This document shows, one piece after another, positions 46,100-54,732 of a stretch of DNA of 64,000 bases. The notes beneath the pieces are model-generated. The model searched no databases, was not told where the DNA came from, and saw nothing but the letters and a program-made list of their open reading frames with translations. The DNA comes from an uncultured Clostridia bacterium (GTDB lineage: Bacteria > Bacillota > Clostridia > Christensenellales > CAG-917), in assembly GCA_944363035.1 (NCBI GenBank), contig CALVTS010000001.1, forward strand, positions 691 through 64,690, in the 5' to 3' direction. The translations under genes and the position numbers were made by a program. Numbering within the stretch: the stretch's first letter is position 1; the number at the start of each line of letters is the position of its first letter.

Positions 46100-46126
46100 A
46101 CGGCGGCGATACGCCGCCGTTTTTTG
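46100..46126 (+). terminator. Rho-independent terminator
   Basis: ggcggcg-ata-cgccgcc followed by gtttttt. Confidence 0.8.
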
Positions 46127-46130
46127 TAAG

Positions 46131-46161
46131 CAAAACCCCTCGGGCGACCCGAGGGGTTTTC
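46131..46161 (-). terminator. Bidirectional terminator hairpin serving the Gx-transporter operon
   Basis: aaaa-cccctcggg-cga-cccgagggg-tttt. Confidence 0.75.
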
Positions 46162-46177
46162 TGTTAAAAAGAGGAGG

Positions 46178-46750
46178 TCATCCCTCCTCTTCTTCTTTTT
46201 CTGCATCCGCGCGCGGCAGACGGACGTAAACCTCCTTTCTTGTGAGGGTGAGCGAATTGCGCTCGGCAAAAGCCACGACAAAGTGGCATATCACCCCCGT
46301 CGCCAGACCTGCCACCCCTCCCGCCAGGATCATGTAAGGCAAATATGCCGCCACCGCCTTTCCCACCACGGCGAGAGAGACCAGTATCTGAACGGTGTTG
46401 TGCACCATCCCTCCCGCGACGGAGAGCCCCGTCACCGAAAAGAGACGGGTGCGGGCAAGGAGCACCATGACGGCGTAGGCGCACGCCGCCGACGGCAGGG
46501 ACCATATCAGCATTGAGAGGTTGCCCGAAAACAGCGCGGCGAAAAAACATTTGAGCAGGAGCACCGCGCATCCCTCGCGCACCCCCACCAGCAAAAAACA
46601 GGCGAGGAGCACCACATTCCCCAGCCCGAGCTTTGCGTAAGGCAGAGCGGGCACTATGGGCGGGATGAGGTTCTCCAAAAGGGACACTATGAGCGCGAGC
46701 GCGAGGAAGAGCCCCGAAAGCGCGAGTTTTTTTGTGAGGCGGCTTTTCAT
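46178..46750 (-). CDS. Gx transporter family protein (Hpre_diP_synt_I-like membrane protein)
   Basis: LALSGLFLALALIVSLLENLIPP..PYAKLGLGNVVLL is typical of the family. The start MKSRL at 46750 overlaps the upstream stop. Confidence 0.7.
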   Translation of the reverse strand: MKSRLTKKLALSGLFLALALIVSLLENLIPPIVPALPYAKLGLGNVVLLACFLLVGVREGCAVLLLKCFFAALFSGNLSMLIWSLPSAACAYAVMVLLARTRLFSVTGLSVAGGMVHNTVQILVSLAVVGKAVAAYLPYMILAGGVAGLATGVICHFVVAFAERNSLTLTRKEVYVRLPRADAEKEEEEG

Positions 46751-47142
46751 GTTATCGCATCCACCTCCCTTTCCCCTATCTCGATGACTACGTGATTGGG
46801 GAGGCAGACTATCATGCTCCCCTCGGCGGAACAGGGTGCGGAATGCACGCACAGTTGCTCCTCGCAGTCGGAGGCGACCACAGAGACCGCCCCGTCCCTG
46901 ACGGCAATGGTCATCCTTCCGTCAAGTATGACATACTCGCCGTCCTCCGCAAGGGAAAAGGTGTAACGAAGCTCCCCGTCCCGATACACCCTGACCTCTC
47001 CTCCGTCCTCCCGCAACGCGAAGAGCACGGACAGCACGGCGGCGACGAGCACCACGGCAATGAGAAGCATATCCCACTTTTTGAAGAGGGAGCAAAACGC
47101 CGCTTTCGCACGCTCTCTGCCATTGCCGCTTTCCGTCCGCAT
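46747..47142 (-). CDS. NusG domain II-containing small membrane protein
   Basis: The pattern KKWDMLLIAVVLV plus a beta-rich domain with EQLCVH..C is present, and the usual neighbours (Gx transporter, ApbE) flank it. Confidence 0.65.
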   Translation of the reverse strand: MRTESGNGRERAKAAFCSLFKKWDMLLIAVVLVAAVLSVLFALREDGGEVRVYRDGELRYTFSLAEDGEYVILDGRMTIAVRDGAVSVVASDCEEQLCVHSAPCSAEGSMIVCLPNHVVIEIGEREVDAIT

Positions 47143-47206
47143 ACGCCGAAACCTCGCCGTAAAACCACTTTATCCCGTTATATCTTGTGATAAAACCTAT
47201 TTTCCG

Positions 47207-48214
47207 TCAATTAGGCTTGAATTCTCTGCCCCATGACGAAGTGAGGATGTTGCCCTCATCGTCCACCCGGACGAACACCGCCGCAAGCTCCGAATGATCG
47301 GCGGAGAGCATCTCCAACCACTCTCTTCCCCTCTCCTCGCCCGCCACCATGATGGCGGTGGACAGCGCGTCGCCGAGGGCTCCGTCACGGCTTATCACGG
47401 TGACCGAGACCAAACCGCTCGCCGCAGATCTGCCCGTGGACGGATCTATGATGTGGTGATATCTTTTGCCCGCTATCTCGTAATATCTCTCGTAATCCCC
47501 GCTTGTGGAAACGCACTCCCCCGAATGCAGGGTGACCGTGCCGATATAGGAGGAGGGATATTCCCTCGGAGCGCCTATCCCTATGGTGAAGTCCCGTCCC
47601 GAACAGGAGATGTTCCCGCCCAGATTGACCAACGCTTCGCCGGAAAAAGCCCCCAATGCCTTTTCCGCCTCCATGCCTTTGGTTATGCCGCCGAGGTCCA
47701 GTTTCGCACCCTCAACGAGTTTGGTCACGGTGTTATTCTCCTCGTCCAGCCTGAACGCTCCGTCGAACCCGACAAGGGAGAGCGCGGCGGAGATCTCTTC
47801 CTCTGTCGGGAGCTCTTCGGGAGCCGTCCCCTGCACAAATTCCCCGGGAGCGAATCCCCACAGCTCGACCAGCGGGTATACCGACGGGTCGTAGGCGCCG
47901 TCCGTGAGACGGTATATCTCCCGCGCTTTCAGAAGCAGACTCATGGTGAGCTCGTCCACATGGACGGGTTCGTGCGCGCGCGCGGCATTTATCCTGTAAA
48001 CGTCGCTCCCCTCCACGGAGGCGGAGAGCAACAGTTCATCCTCCATCATCCTTTCCGCCACGCTCCCGCCGTCCGACTCCGAACGGATATACAGCGTGGT
48101 GCCGAACACATCAAAATACTCCTCCCTCACCTCGGCATTGCACGCGGTGAAAGAGAGGAGCATGGCTGCGGCGACAAGGATGACTGCCGCCGCTCTTTTC
48201 GCCGACGTCCTCAT
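47207..48214 (-). CDS. apbE: FAD:protein FMN transferase (ApbE family) lipoprotein
   Basis: The start MRTSAKRAAAVILVAAAMLLSFTAC carries a lipobox. YDPSVYPLVELWGF and SGDYERYY..GKRYHHIIDPSTG are ApbE motifs. Confidence 0.85.
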   Translation of the reverse strand: MRTSAKRAAAVILVAAAMLLSFTACNAEVREEYFDVFGTTLYIRSESDGGSVAERMMEDELLLSASVEGSDVYRINAARAHEPVHVDELTMSLLLKAREIYRLTDGAYDPSVYPLVELWGFAPGEFVQGTAPEELPTEEEISAALSLVGFDGAFRLDEENNTVTKLVEGAKLDLGGITKGMEAEKALGAFSGEALVNLGGNISCSGRDFTIGIGAPREYPSSYIGTVTLHSGECVSTSGDYERYYEIAGKRYHHIIDPSTGRSAASGLVSVTVISRDGALGDALSTAIMVAGEERGREWLEMLSADHSELAAVFVRVDDEGNILTSSWGREFKPN

Positions 48215-48219
48215 CGGGA

Positions 48220-49086
48220 TTATCTGGACGCGGAGGTGAAGATGATGCCGTACGTCCCGGGACCGCAATGCGCTCCTATGACGGGACCCACGGGCTGGGT
48301 GATGAACTCCGCGTGAGGGGCTATCGCCTGCGCACGGGACTTCAATTCCTCCACAGCGGCGTCGTTGTCCGCGCCCACCACTACGACGGGCGCGCCGTCT
48401 ATCGCGCGGTAGTTGCTCTCAAACACGGAAAGGATATAGCTCATCGCCTTTTTGGAACCTTTCTGTTTGGTGCGCACGTCTATCTCGCCCTCCTTGTTGA
48501 CGCAAAGGACGGGTTTAAGTTGCAACACGCTGCCGATCGCCGCCTTCGCGGGAGAGAGCCTCCCTCCCCTGGCGAGATATTTGAGGTCGTCCACCGCAAA
48601 GAGCACCGCTACGTTTTGCACCAAAGTGTCGAGATAGGCGCAAGTAGCGTCGATGTCCCCTCCGTGCGCGTTGAAGTACTTCGCCGCCATATAAACCATA
48701 AGCCCCGCGCCCATGCAGATGTTGAGCGTGTCATAGCGGCGGTATTTGACGTCGGGATATTTGGCTTTGAGCTCCTTTATCGCAAGCTCGAGATAGCTGA
48801 AAGTGTTGGACATCTTGGAGGAGAACGCGATATAAAGGATGTCCTCGCCCGCCTTGAAATATGGCTCGAAGATCTCGATGTAAGTCTCGGGATTGAGCCC
48901 AGCCGTGCTCACGGAAGCGCCGGCGCGCATCTTATCGTAAAACGCCTTGAAATCCGTGTTCTCGCCGAGGTCGTAGAGCTTCTCCTCGCCGTCCACGGTG
49001 TAAGGCATGGGGATGACTTTGATGCCAAGCTCGCGCGCGGTGGTGTACCACAGCTCGCAATCGGTGTCACAGAACAAAACTGCCAT
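48220..49086 (-). CDS. DegV family fatty-acid-binding protein
   Basis: The start is MAVLFCDTDCELW. The motif VSTAGLNP and the DegV length and pattern fit. Confidence 0.8.
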   Translation of the reverse strand: MAVLFCDTDCELWYTTARELGIKVIPMPYTVDGEEKLYDLGENTDFKAFYDKMRAGASVSTAGLNPETYIEIFEPYFKAGEDILYIAFSSKMSNTFSYLELAIKELKAKYPDVKYRRYDTLNICMGAGLMVYMAAKYFNAHGGDIDATCAYLDTLVQNVAVLFAVDDLKYLARGGRLSPAKAAIGSVLQLKPVLCVNKEGEIDVRTKQKGSKKAMSYILSVFESNYRAIDGAPVVVVGADNDAAVEELKSRAQAIAPHAEFITQPVGPVIGAHCGPGTYGIIFTSASR

Positions 49087-49229
49087 TTTCTTCTCCGGTA
49101 ACGCGGCTATGCCGCTTGATGAGCAGGAAAACCCGCCATGAATCATTCTAATATACGAAACGTGTCATGTCAAGAATGGCGGAAAATAAACCCGCGCTTC
49201 AGGTGAACATAGGGACGTAGAGTTCAAGC

Positions 49230-49305
49230 CATGCTCAGAATGAGTGTGCGTGGGAGTCAAACACGTCTCCGAATAAGTGTGCGGCGTGTTCGAAGTAATT
49301 TAAAT
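49230..49305 (-). repeat. Two degenerate 32-33 nt units (family D), inverted orientation
   Basis: cagaatgagtgtgcgtgggagtcaaacacgtct and ccgaataagtgtgcggcgtgttcgaag are reverse complements of the cccacgNNNNctcattcgg...gtttgaa units at 62528-62690. Confidence 0.7.
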
Positions 49306-49659
49306 GGGGGGAGCGTCCCCTGACATGGTAATATTGTACCCCCTCCTCCCCTTCGGGACTCCTCCCCCACTCGGAATAGAGGACTGTCCTCCTAAAATGC
49401 GGGATATACTTTTTCATAAAGGCGCGAACTGCGCCTTTATGAAAACACCTCTTGAAAAAGGTTTGAGTCTCGCACTTGCATAATCAAGCGGATACAAGTA
49501 CCCACTTAACGGCGCTCGCGGGGCGAGGAGGGCGACTCGACGCGCACCGAGCCCGTGTCTACTTAATAGCCGTCTGGCTTGCGAGATCGCAGATACGCGC
49601 CGCGACTTGCAAGAGCGGGCGCAAACGCCCGCTGTGCAAGTTTGAGTGAGCGGCGCGTG
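49306..49659 (+). repeat. Family X element, copy A (354 bp, non-coding, hairpin-rich)
   Basis: It aligns end to end with 49738-50090 and 63068-63422. See the findings. Confidence 0.85.
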
Positions 49660-49737
49660 GTTTCGTCTTCGAATGAGAGATGCGAGGTTCAGGCTCCACT
49701 CCAAATAAGTTCACGTGGGAGTCAGGCTAATTCAATT
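49660..49737 (-). repeat. Family D units between the X copies
   Basis: tcttcgaatgagagatgcgaggttcaggc and tccactccaaataagttcacgtgggagtcaggc. Confidence 0.65.
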
Positions 49738-50090
49738 GGGGTTTACGCCCCCTAACATGGAAGTATTGCACCCCCTCCTCCCCTTCGGGACTCCTCCCCC
49801 ACTCGGAATAGAGTTCATTCCTCCTAAAATGCGGGATATGCTTTTTCATAAAGGCGCGAACTGCGCCTTTATGAAAACACCTCTTGAAAAAGTTTGAGTC
49901 TCGCACTCACATAATCAAGCGGATACCAGTATAGACTTAACGTCGCTCGCGGGGCGAGGAGGGCGACTCGACGCGCACCGAGCCCGTGTCTACTTAATAG
50001 CCGTCTGGCTTGCGAGATCGCAGATACGCGCCGCGACTTGCAAGAGCGGGCGCAAACGCCCGCTGTGCAAGTTTGGGTGAGCGGCGCGTG
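49738..50090 (+). repeat. Family X element, copy B (353 bp)
   Basis: It lies 432 bp downstream of copy A. It contains the invariant hairpin tttcataaaggcgc-gaact-gcgcctttatgaaa at 49844-49876. Confidence 0.85.
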
Positions 50091-50194
50091 AGACCGTCTC
50101 CGAATAGGTATAGGTGGGAGTCAGGCTCCACTCTGAATGAGTGTACGTGGAATTCAAACACGCTCCGAATAAGTATACGTGGGGTTCAGGCACA
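50091..50194 (-). repeat. Three to four family D units
   Basis: gtctccgaataggtataggtgggagtcaggc, tccactctgaatgagtgtacgtggaattcaaacacg and ctccgaataagtatacgtggggttcaggc. Confidence 0.65.
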
Positions 50195-50725
50195 GTCACC
50201 CAGGTGACGGGCAAAGCGGGTGAGGAATGTGTTTCGGGCGAGGAGATTTGCGTTTGGGCAAGAAACTAAAAGAGTGACGTGCAAAGCGGGTGAGGAGTCG
50301 CCTGCGGGAGTTCCCTCCCGCAGGTGCTTGCAGTTTTGAACAGCCGATTTTTGTCTGAGCGCGAAAGCGCGCGCAGGCAATAGTATACATATTGGCAAGC
50401 GCGCTGACAAAGCTCAGGCGGAAATACATTAAACCCAAACTTGAAATACACCGTCACCCAGGTGACGGGCAAAGCGGGTGAGGAATGTGTTTCGGGCGAG
50501 GAGATTTGCGTTTGGGCAAGAAACTAAAAGAGTGACGTGCAAAGCGGGTGAGGAGTCGCCTGCGGGAGTTCCCTCCCGCAGGTGCTTGCAGTTTTGAACA
50601 GCCGATTTTTGTCTGAGCGCGAAAGCGCGCGCAGGCAATAGTATACATATTGGCAAGCGCGCTGACAAAGCTCAGGCGGAAATCGGCAGTTCAAAACCGA
50701 CTCCAAACCCGCTTTGCACGTCACC
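50195..50725. repeat. Family C element: a 231-bp segment perfectly duplicated at a 258-bp period, bounded by inverted termini GGTGACG(G/T)GCAAAGCGGGT. The right terminus overlaps the mrr stop codon.
   Basis: 50195-50425 equals 50453-50683 with no difference that I can see, and the track ORFs 50186..50410 and 50429..50668 give identical peptides. Internal hairpins include gtcacc-cag-gtgac and cctgcgggag-ttcc-ctcccgcagg. The 21-nt cores lie at 50379-50399 and 50637-50657. The right terminus ccaaacccgctttgcacgtcacc lies at 50703-50725. Confidence 0.85.
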
Positions 50726-51635
50726 CCAAAAACAACTCGTCGTCGATGTGCCAAACGCCGTCCGAGGAGCGCACGCCCACTTCGTTGGCGAACATCATGT
50801 CGAGGAGCGTGGTGCAATCGATGAGGAGGAGTTCGGCGCGTTTTGCGGCGAAGGTCCTGGTCTCGCGGTGGAAACGGGAGTTGGTGATGAGGATGCCTTT
50901 GGTCGCGCCCCATGCGACCATGACGCCCAGAAACTCGCGCACCACTTTGACTGAGACATAAGCCTTTTCGTTGAGCTTGGTCTTGGACTGGAAAAAGATG
51001 AGTTCCTTGAAACCGGCGGGGTCTTCGATATAGAGTTTGCCGTCGATGCCGTTGTCATCGGGACCTGCGGTGAGCTCGTTGCGCTTGACGGTGCTGCCGT
51101 AGACGGCGAGGAGGAGCTTCATGCTGAGCTCCTCAAAGAATTCTCCGCCCGCCTCGCTTATCGCCCGCGAAAGGGAACGGCGGAGGGCGGCGAGATATTT
51201 GTCCTTCTGAAGCTTGCCCGCCTTGTATTCCTGAAATTTTTTGTCCGCGCTCTCCAAGGTGCGCCCGAGGGGGGAATCGGGATACTTGGGGACTTTTGCG
51301 GCGCGTTCGGCGGCGCGTTTGCGCTGGGCGCGGCGGCGTTGCGTCCTGGTGAGCCCGCTCTTTTGTTCCTGCACGGGTTTCGGAGGCGCAAGCCTGCCGT
51401 CCTCGGTGGTGACGAGGCTCCCCGCCGCCAACATCTCGTTGAGCACCACGCCCGTGAGACTTTTCAGCTTGGTGTTGAGGGACTCGCAACTGCGGTCCTT
51501 GAGCTCCGCCGCGGAATATCCGTAGCGGGTGAGCGAACGCTCGATGAGGAGCTTGCGCTCGGTGCCTTCTTTATCCAGCACGGCTTTTACCGCGCTCTCT
51601 ATCTCCTGTTTGGAGGGAAAATCTCTCTTTGCCAT
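50721..51635 (-). CDS. Mrr-like type IV restriction endonuclease (Mrr_N winged-helix plus Mrr_cat PD-(D/E)xK domain)
   Basis: 304 aa. The N-terminus is Mrr_N-like (KQEIESAVKAVLDKEG..SLTRYGYSAAEL...SLTGVVLNEMLAAGSLV), followed by a basic linker. The C-terminal part reads FEELSMKLL..GPDDNGIDG..IFFQSKTK..VVREFLGVM..ATKGILITNSRF. Confidence 0.7.
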   Translation of the reverse strand: MAKRDFPSKQEIESAVKAVLDKEGTERKLLIERSLTRYGYSAAELKDRSCESLNTKLKSLTGVVLNEMLAAGSLVTTEDGRLAPPKPVQEQKSGLTRTQRRRAQRKRAAERAAKVPKYPDSPLGRTLESADKKFQEYKAGKLQKDKYLAALRRSLSRAISEAGGEFFEELSMKLLLAVYGSTVKRNELTAGPDDNGIDGKLYIEDPAGFKELIFFQSKTKLNEKAYVSVKVVREFLGVMVAWGATKGILITNSRFHRETRTFAAKRAELLLIDCTTLLDMMFANEVGVRSSDGVWHIDDELFLG

Positions 51636-51801
51636 AAAACTCCTTTTTTTTACTATAACACATGATCCCGCGTCGCAGGTGATTTCAAAGGCAAATTTTA
51701 AGGTCCGCTACGCGAAAAAATTAAAAAGTTCGTTTTAATTGTCGTTTAACTTAATAAAAATAAGATGTGCGTATAAATAACGCAAGCGCACGGAGAGCCT
51801 C

Positions 51802-52929
51802 ATGGACAATTACGACAACTTCTTCAACGGTATCAACGACCCCTCGGGACATACCCCCGTCTATCATACTCCGGAAAATTCGGGCGGCGGCAACGGAAGA
51901 AACAAAAAGACGACCCTGATCGGCGCTCTGCTCATCGTGATCGCGGTCATCATGTGCATCGCGGTGGTCGCCAACGTCATTGTGCTTGCAAGCATGAAAA
52001 AACAGGTCGCGCAGGAATACGCCGACGGGATGACGGAAGCCGTGCGAGAGGAATATCTCAACGCCATCGCGGAATATCTGGACGGAAAGGAGATTTCGGA
52101 CGACATCCTCGCGCAGATAGAAAAGGACGTCATCGATTCCCTCAACACCTCCGCCGCGGCGGTGGCGGGCACCGAGACGGTCTACTCCACCGTGCAGATC
52201 GTGGCAACGGGCGAGAGCGACCGTTCTTACGGCTCGGGATTCCTCATCACAGCGAAGGACGAGACGACGGGCAAGACAAAACGCTACGTCATCACCAACG
52301 CGCACGTCGTGTTGGAAACAGTCTCGGAGACCACGTCCACAGGAAGCGGCTGGCCCTTCGGCGGCACGACCACGACATACTCCTTCCGCGTGAGAGAGAA
52401 CATCGTCTGCTCGCTGATGAACGGCGAAAGCGGCACTTACGAACTGGAAGAGGTGAAAGTAGGCTCCTATCTCGAAGTCATCGGAAGCTCCGTCATCGTG
52501 GACAAAAACTACACCACCCTGCCCGACCTTGCGATCCTCACCTTCAAAGACGACGCCCCCGACGAGGAGAAATATCCCTCACTCAACATCTCCACCGAGG
52601 AAGCGGATTACGGCGAAAGCATCGCGATAGTGGGCTATCCCGCTCCCGGCAGCGACCCGAAGGACGCCATACTCAGCCTGTCCACGGGCATAATCTCCGC
52701 CACGGCGCACGAACTCGACGACTGGGGCGCAGGCACCTTCTATCAGACGGACAGCGCGATAAACGGCGGCAACTCGGGCGGCCCCATGGTCAACAACAAG
52801 GGAGAAGTCGTCGGCATAGTGGAATCCAAGATCACATACACCAACATCGAAAACATAGGATATGCGGTGACCTCCATGACCCTCATCGACTTCATGAAGA
52901 GCGCGGGGCTCACCCCCGTCAGAGTGTAG
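51802..52929 (+). CDS. Membrane-anchored trypsin-like serine protease (S1C/HtrA-like, no obvious PDZ domain)
   Basis: An N-terminal TM helix is present. The catalytic triad contexts are VITNAHVV, LPDLAIL and INGGNSGGPMVNNKGEVVGIV. Confidence 0.8.
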   Translation: MDNYDNFFNGINDPSGHTPVYHTPENSGGGNGRNKKTTLIGALLIVIAVIMCIAVVANVIVLASMKKQVAQEYADGMTEAVREEYLNAIAEYLDGKEISDDILAQIEKDVIDSLNTSAAAVAGTETVYSTVQIVATGESDRSYGSGFLITAKDETTGKTKRYVITNAHVVLETVSETTSTGSGWPFGGTTTTYSFRVRENIVCSLMNGESGTYELEEVKVGSYLEVIGSSVIVDKNYTTLPDLAILTFKDDAPDEEKYPSLNISTEEADYGESIAIVGYPAPGSDPKDAILSLSTGIISATAHELDDWGAGTFYQTDSAINGGNSGGPMVNNKGEVVGIVESKITYTNIENIGYAVTSMTLIDFMKSAGLTPVRV

Positions 52930-53001
52930 ATCCAACCCCTGAAAAGCCGCGCAAAAAAAGAGAACGGCGTCGGATACACTCTGCTCCGATCGCGTTCGGG
53001 A

Positions 53002-53279
53002 TGCCAGACAGGAATAATACGAACCAGCCTCGGAGCAATTCTTTTCGGCGCTTTTGCACAGCCGAAACTTGCCAATATGTATATATTGCCTGCGTTCCGC
53101 CAGAGCAAAATCATCCGAAAATCTCTTTCTCTGAGGTGCGAGCAGTTCCGCGCCAACCGATTTTTGGCTGAGCAAGGAAGTTGCCGTCGCTAATACTTGA
53201 CTGTATTAGCAAGGCGAGTGACGCGGTTCAGGCGGAAATCGGCGGCGCTGAACCTGGTTCGTATTATTCCTGTCTGGCA
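53002..53279 (-). mobile_element. MITE copy 3 (278 bp), inverted relative to copies 1 and 2
   Basis: TIRs are tgccagacaggaataatacgaacc and ggttcgtattattcctgtctggca. TA is present on the right (53280-81) and GA on the left. It is collinear with the reverse complement of copy 1. The core variant lies at 53068-53088. Confidence 0.8.
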
Positions 53280-53284
53280 TACAT

Positions 53285-53316
53285 AAAAACGGAGAGCACC
53301 CACTCTCCGTTTTTTG
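53285..53316. terminator. Bidirectional rho-independent terminator
   Basis: aaaaa-cggagag-cacccac-ctctccg-ttttt. Confidence 0.75.
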
Positions 53317-53339
53317 GTGTTTTCATTTCCGTGTTTTTC

Positions 53340-53474
53340 TCAATCCAGCACGTCTTCCAGCTTGTGGAGCAAGGCTTTCTTGGTGCGTTTCAAAAGGTTG
53401 TGGTTGCTTGCCGAATAGATCGCCGTCGCGGTGACAACACCCAACATGGCGCCGAACAAAACTGCGTTTTTCAT
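53340..53474 (-). CDS. Small (44 aa) hypothetical protein with one hydrophobic helix
   Basis: It is below the ORF-track size cutoff. The sequence is MKNAVLFGAMLGVVTATAIYSASNHNLLKRTKKALLHKLEDVLD. It has a strong RBS (aaggagg, ~7 nt spacing) and a terminator directly downstream. Confidence 0.45.
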   Translation of the reverse strand: MKNAVLFGAMLGVVTATAIYSASNHNLLKRTKKALLHKLEDVLD

Positions 53475-53559
53475 GGTCGTCCTCCTTGCCGCTAGTTTGT
53501 CCGAAAACCCTCATAATATGCAAAAATGCGGCTTGACGCCGCACTTTCATGGGATAAAC

Positions 53560-54699
53560 TCACATTTTGCGCAATCTGTTTACAGCCGCGAAGAGCGCGT
53601 CATACGCCGACGACACATCCTCCTCCGTATTCACGCGCCCGAAAGAAAAGCGCACCGCTCCCTTCGACTCTGAGGGCGACACCCCCATCGCGACAAGGGT
53701 GCGACTGGGTTCGGAAGAGCCCGCCGAACACGCGCTCCCGTTGGACGCCGATATCCCCGAAAGATCCAAAGAAAAGAGAAGCTCCTCCCCCGTGATTCCG
53801 TCAAAGAGGAAATTGACTATCCCGGGAAGACTGCTCTCTTTGTCAAGAGTGCCGTTGAGCCTCGCGCCCGAGATCCCGCCGAGCACCCGTCTTGCGAATC
53901 CCTCTTTCAGACCGCGCACTCTCGCGCTCTCGGAGCTCATGCACCGCACCGCCTCGCAAAGCGCCGCCGCAGTCCCGACCGCGCCCGCAACGTCGGATGT
54001 GCCCCCTCTCCTTCCCCTCTCCTGCTCGCCGCCCGAGAGCAACGCTTCCGTCCTGACGCCATTTTTGATATAGAGCACGCCGAAGCCCTTGGGGCCTCCG
54101 AACTTGTGAGCGGAAAGTGAAAGCATATCGACGTCGAGTTCCCTGACGTCAAGCGGAAGACAACCCGCCGCCTGCACCGCGTCGGTGTGGAAGAGGACGC
54201 CGTGCGACCTGCAAAGCCGCGCTATCTCGCGCACGGGCTGTATCCTGCCCGTCTCGTTGTTGGCTGTCATGACGCTCACCAAAAACGCGTCCCTACAAGC
54301 CTCCTCGACCGCACGCATATCCACCGCGCACTCCCCGTCCACGGGGATGACCGTAAGCCCGTACCCCAGCCTTTCGAGCTGTTTCGCGCTTTCGAACACG
54401 GCGGGATGCTCCACCGCAGAGACCGCGAGCCTGCCCCTGCCGTGGCGGAGCGCCGCGCCCTTCAACGCCCAATTGTCGGACTCCGTGCCGCCCGAAGTGA
54501 AATATATCTCCTCAAAAGAGGCGTTGAGGCAATGCGCTATCCTCTCCCGCGCGGAAGAGAGCGCCGCCGCGGCGGCGCGTCCGTCGGCATGACGGGAGTC
54601 GGCATTGCCGAACTCCTCAGAGAAATATTTCGCCATCGCGCTCTCGGCTTCTTTTGAAAGCGGAGTGGTGGCGGCGTTGTCAAGATACACTCTTTTCAT
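53560..54699 (-). CDS. nifS: Cysteine desulfurase (NifS/IscS class V aminotransferase)
   Basis: MKRVYLDNAATTP, the PLP-lysine motif SAHKFGGPKG and SNGSACS are present. Confidence 0.88.
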   Translation of the reverse strand: MKRVYLDNAATTPLSKEAESAMAKYFSEEFGNADSRHADGRAAAAALSSARERIAHCLNASFEEIYFTSGGTESDNWALKGAALRHGRGRLAVSAVEHPAVFESAKQLERLGYGLTVIPVDGECAVDMRAVEEACRDAFLVSVMTANNETGRIQPVREIARLCRSHGVLFHTDAVQAAGCLPLDVRELDVDMLSLSAHKFGGPKGFGVLYIKNGVRTEALLSGGEQERGRRGGTSDVAGAVGTAAALCEAVRCMSSESARVRGLKEGFARRVLGGISGARLNGTLDKESSLPGIVNFLFDGITGEELLFSLDLSGISASNGSACSAGSSEPSRTLVAMGVSPSESKGAVRFSFGRVNTEEDVSSAYDALFAAVNRLRKM

Positions 54700-54732
54700 G
54701 TCAAAAGGCGGACGTTGCCGTCCGCCGCGAAC

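Noticed and set aside
49235-49897. Small ORFs inside family X elements (49235..49417 minus, 49414..49704 minus, 49715..49897 plus)
   Set aside because: They are not conserved between copies. The MKK.IPHFRR frame is 60, 40 and 3 codons long in copies A, B and C. Composition and the lack of a consistent RBS argue for non-coding sequence.
50186-50668. Pairs of identical small ORFs (for example 50186..50410 and 50429..50668, or 50196..50438 and 50454..50648)
   Set aside because: The identity simply reflects the perfect 258-bp-period DNA duplication. The frames start at TTG inside hairpins, have no RBS and overlap each other in several frames.
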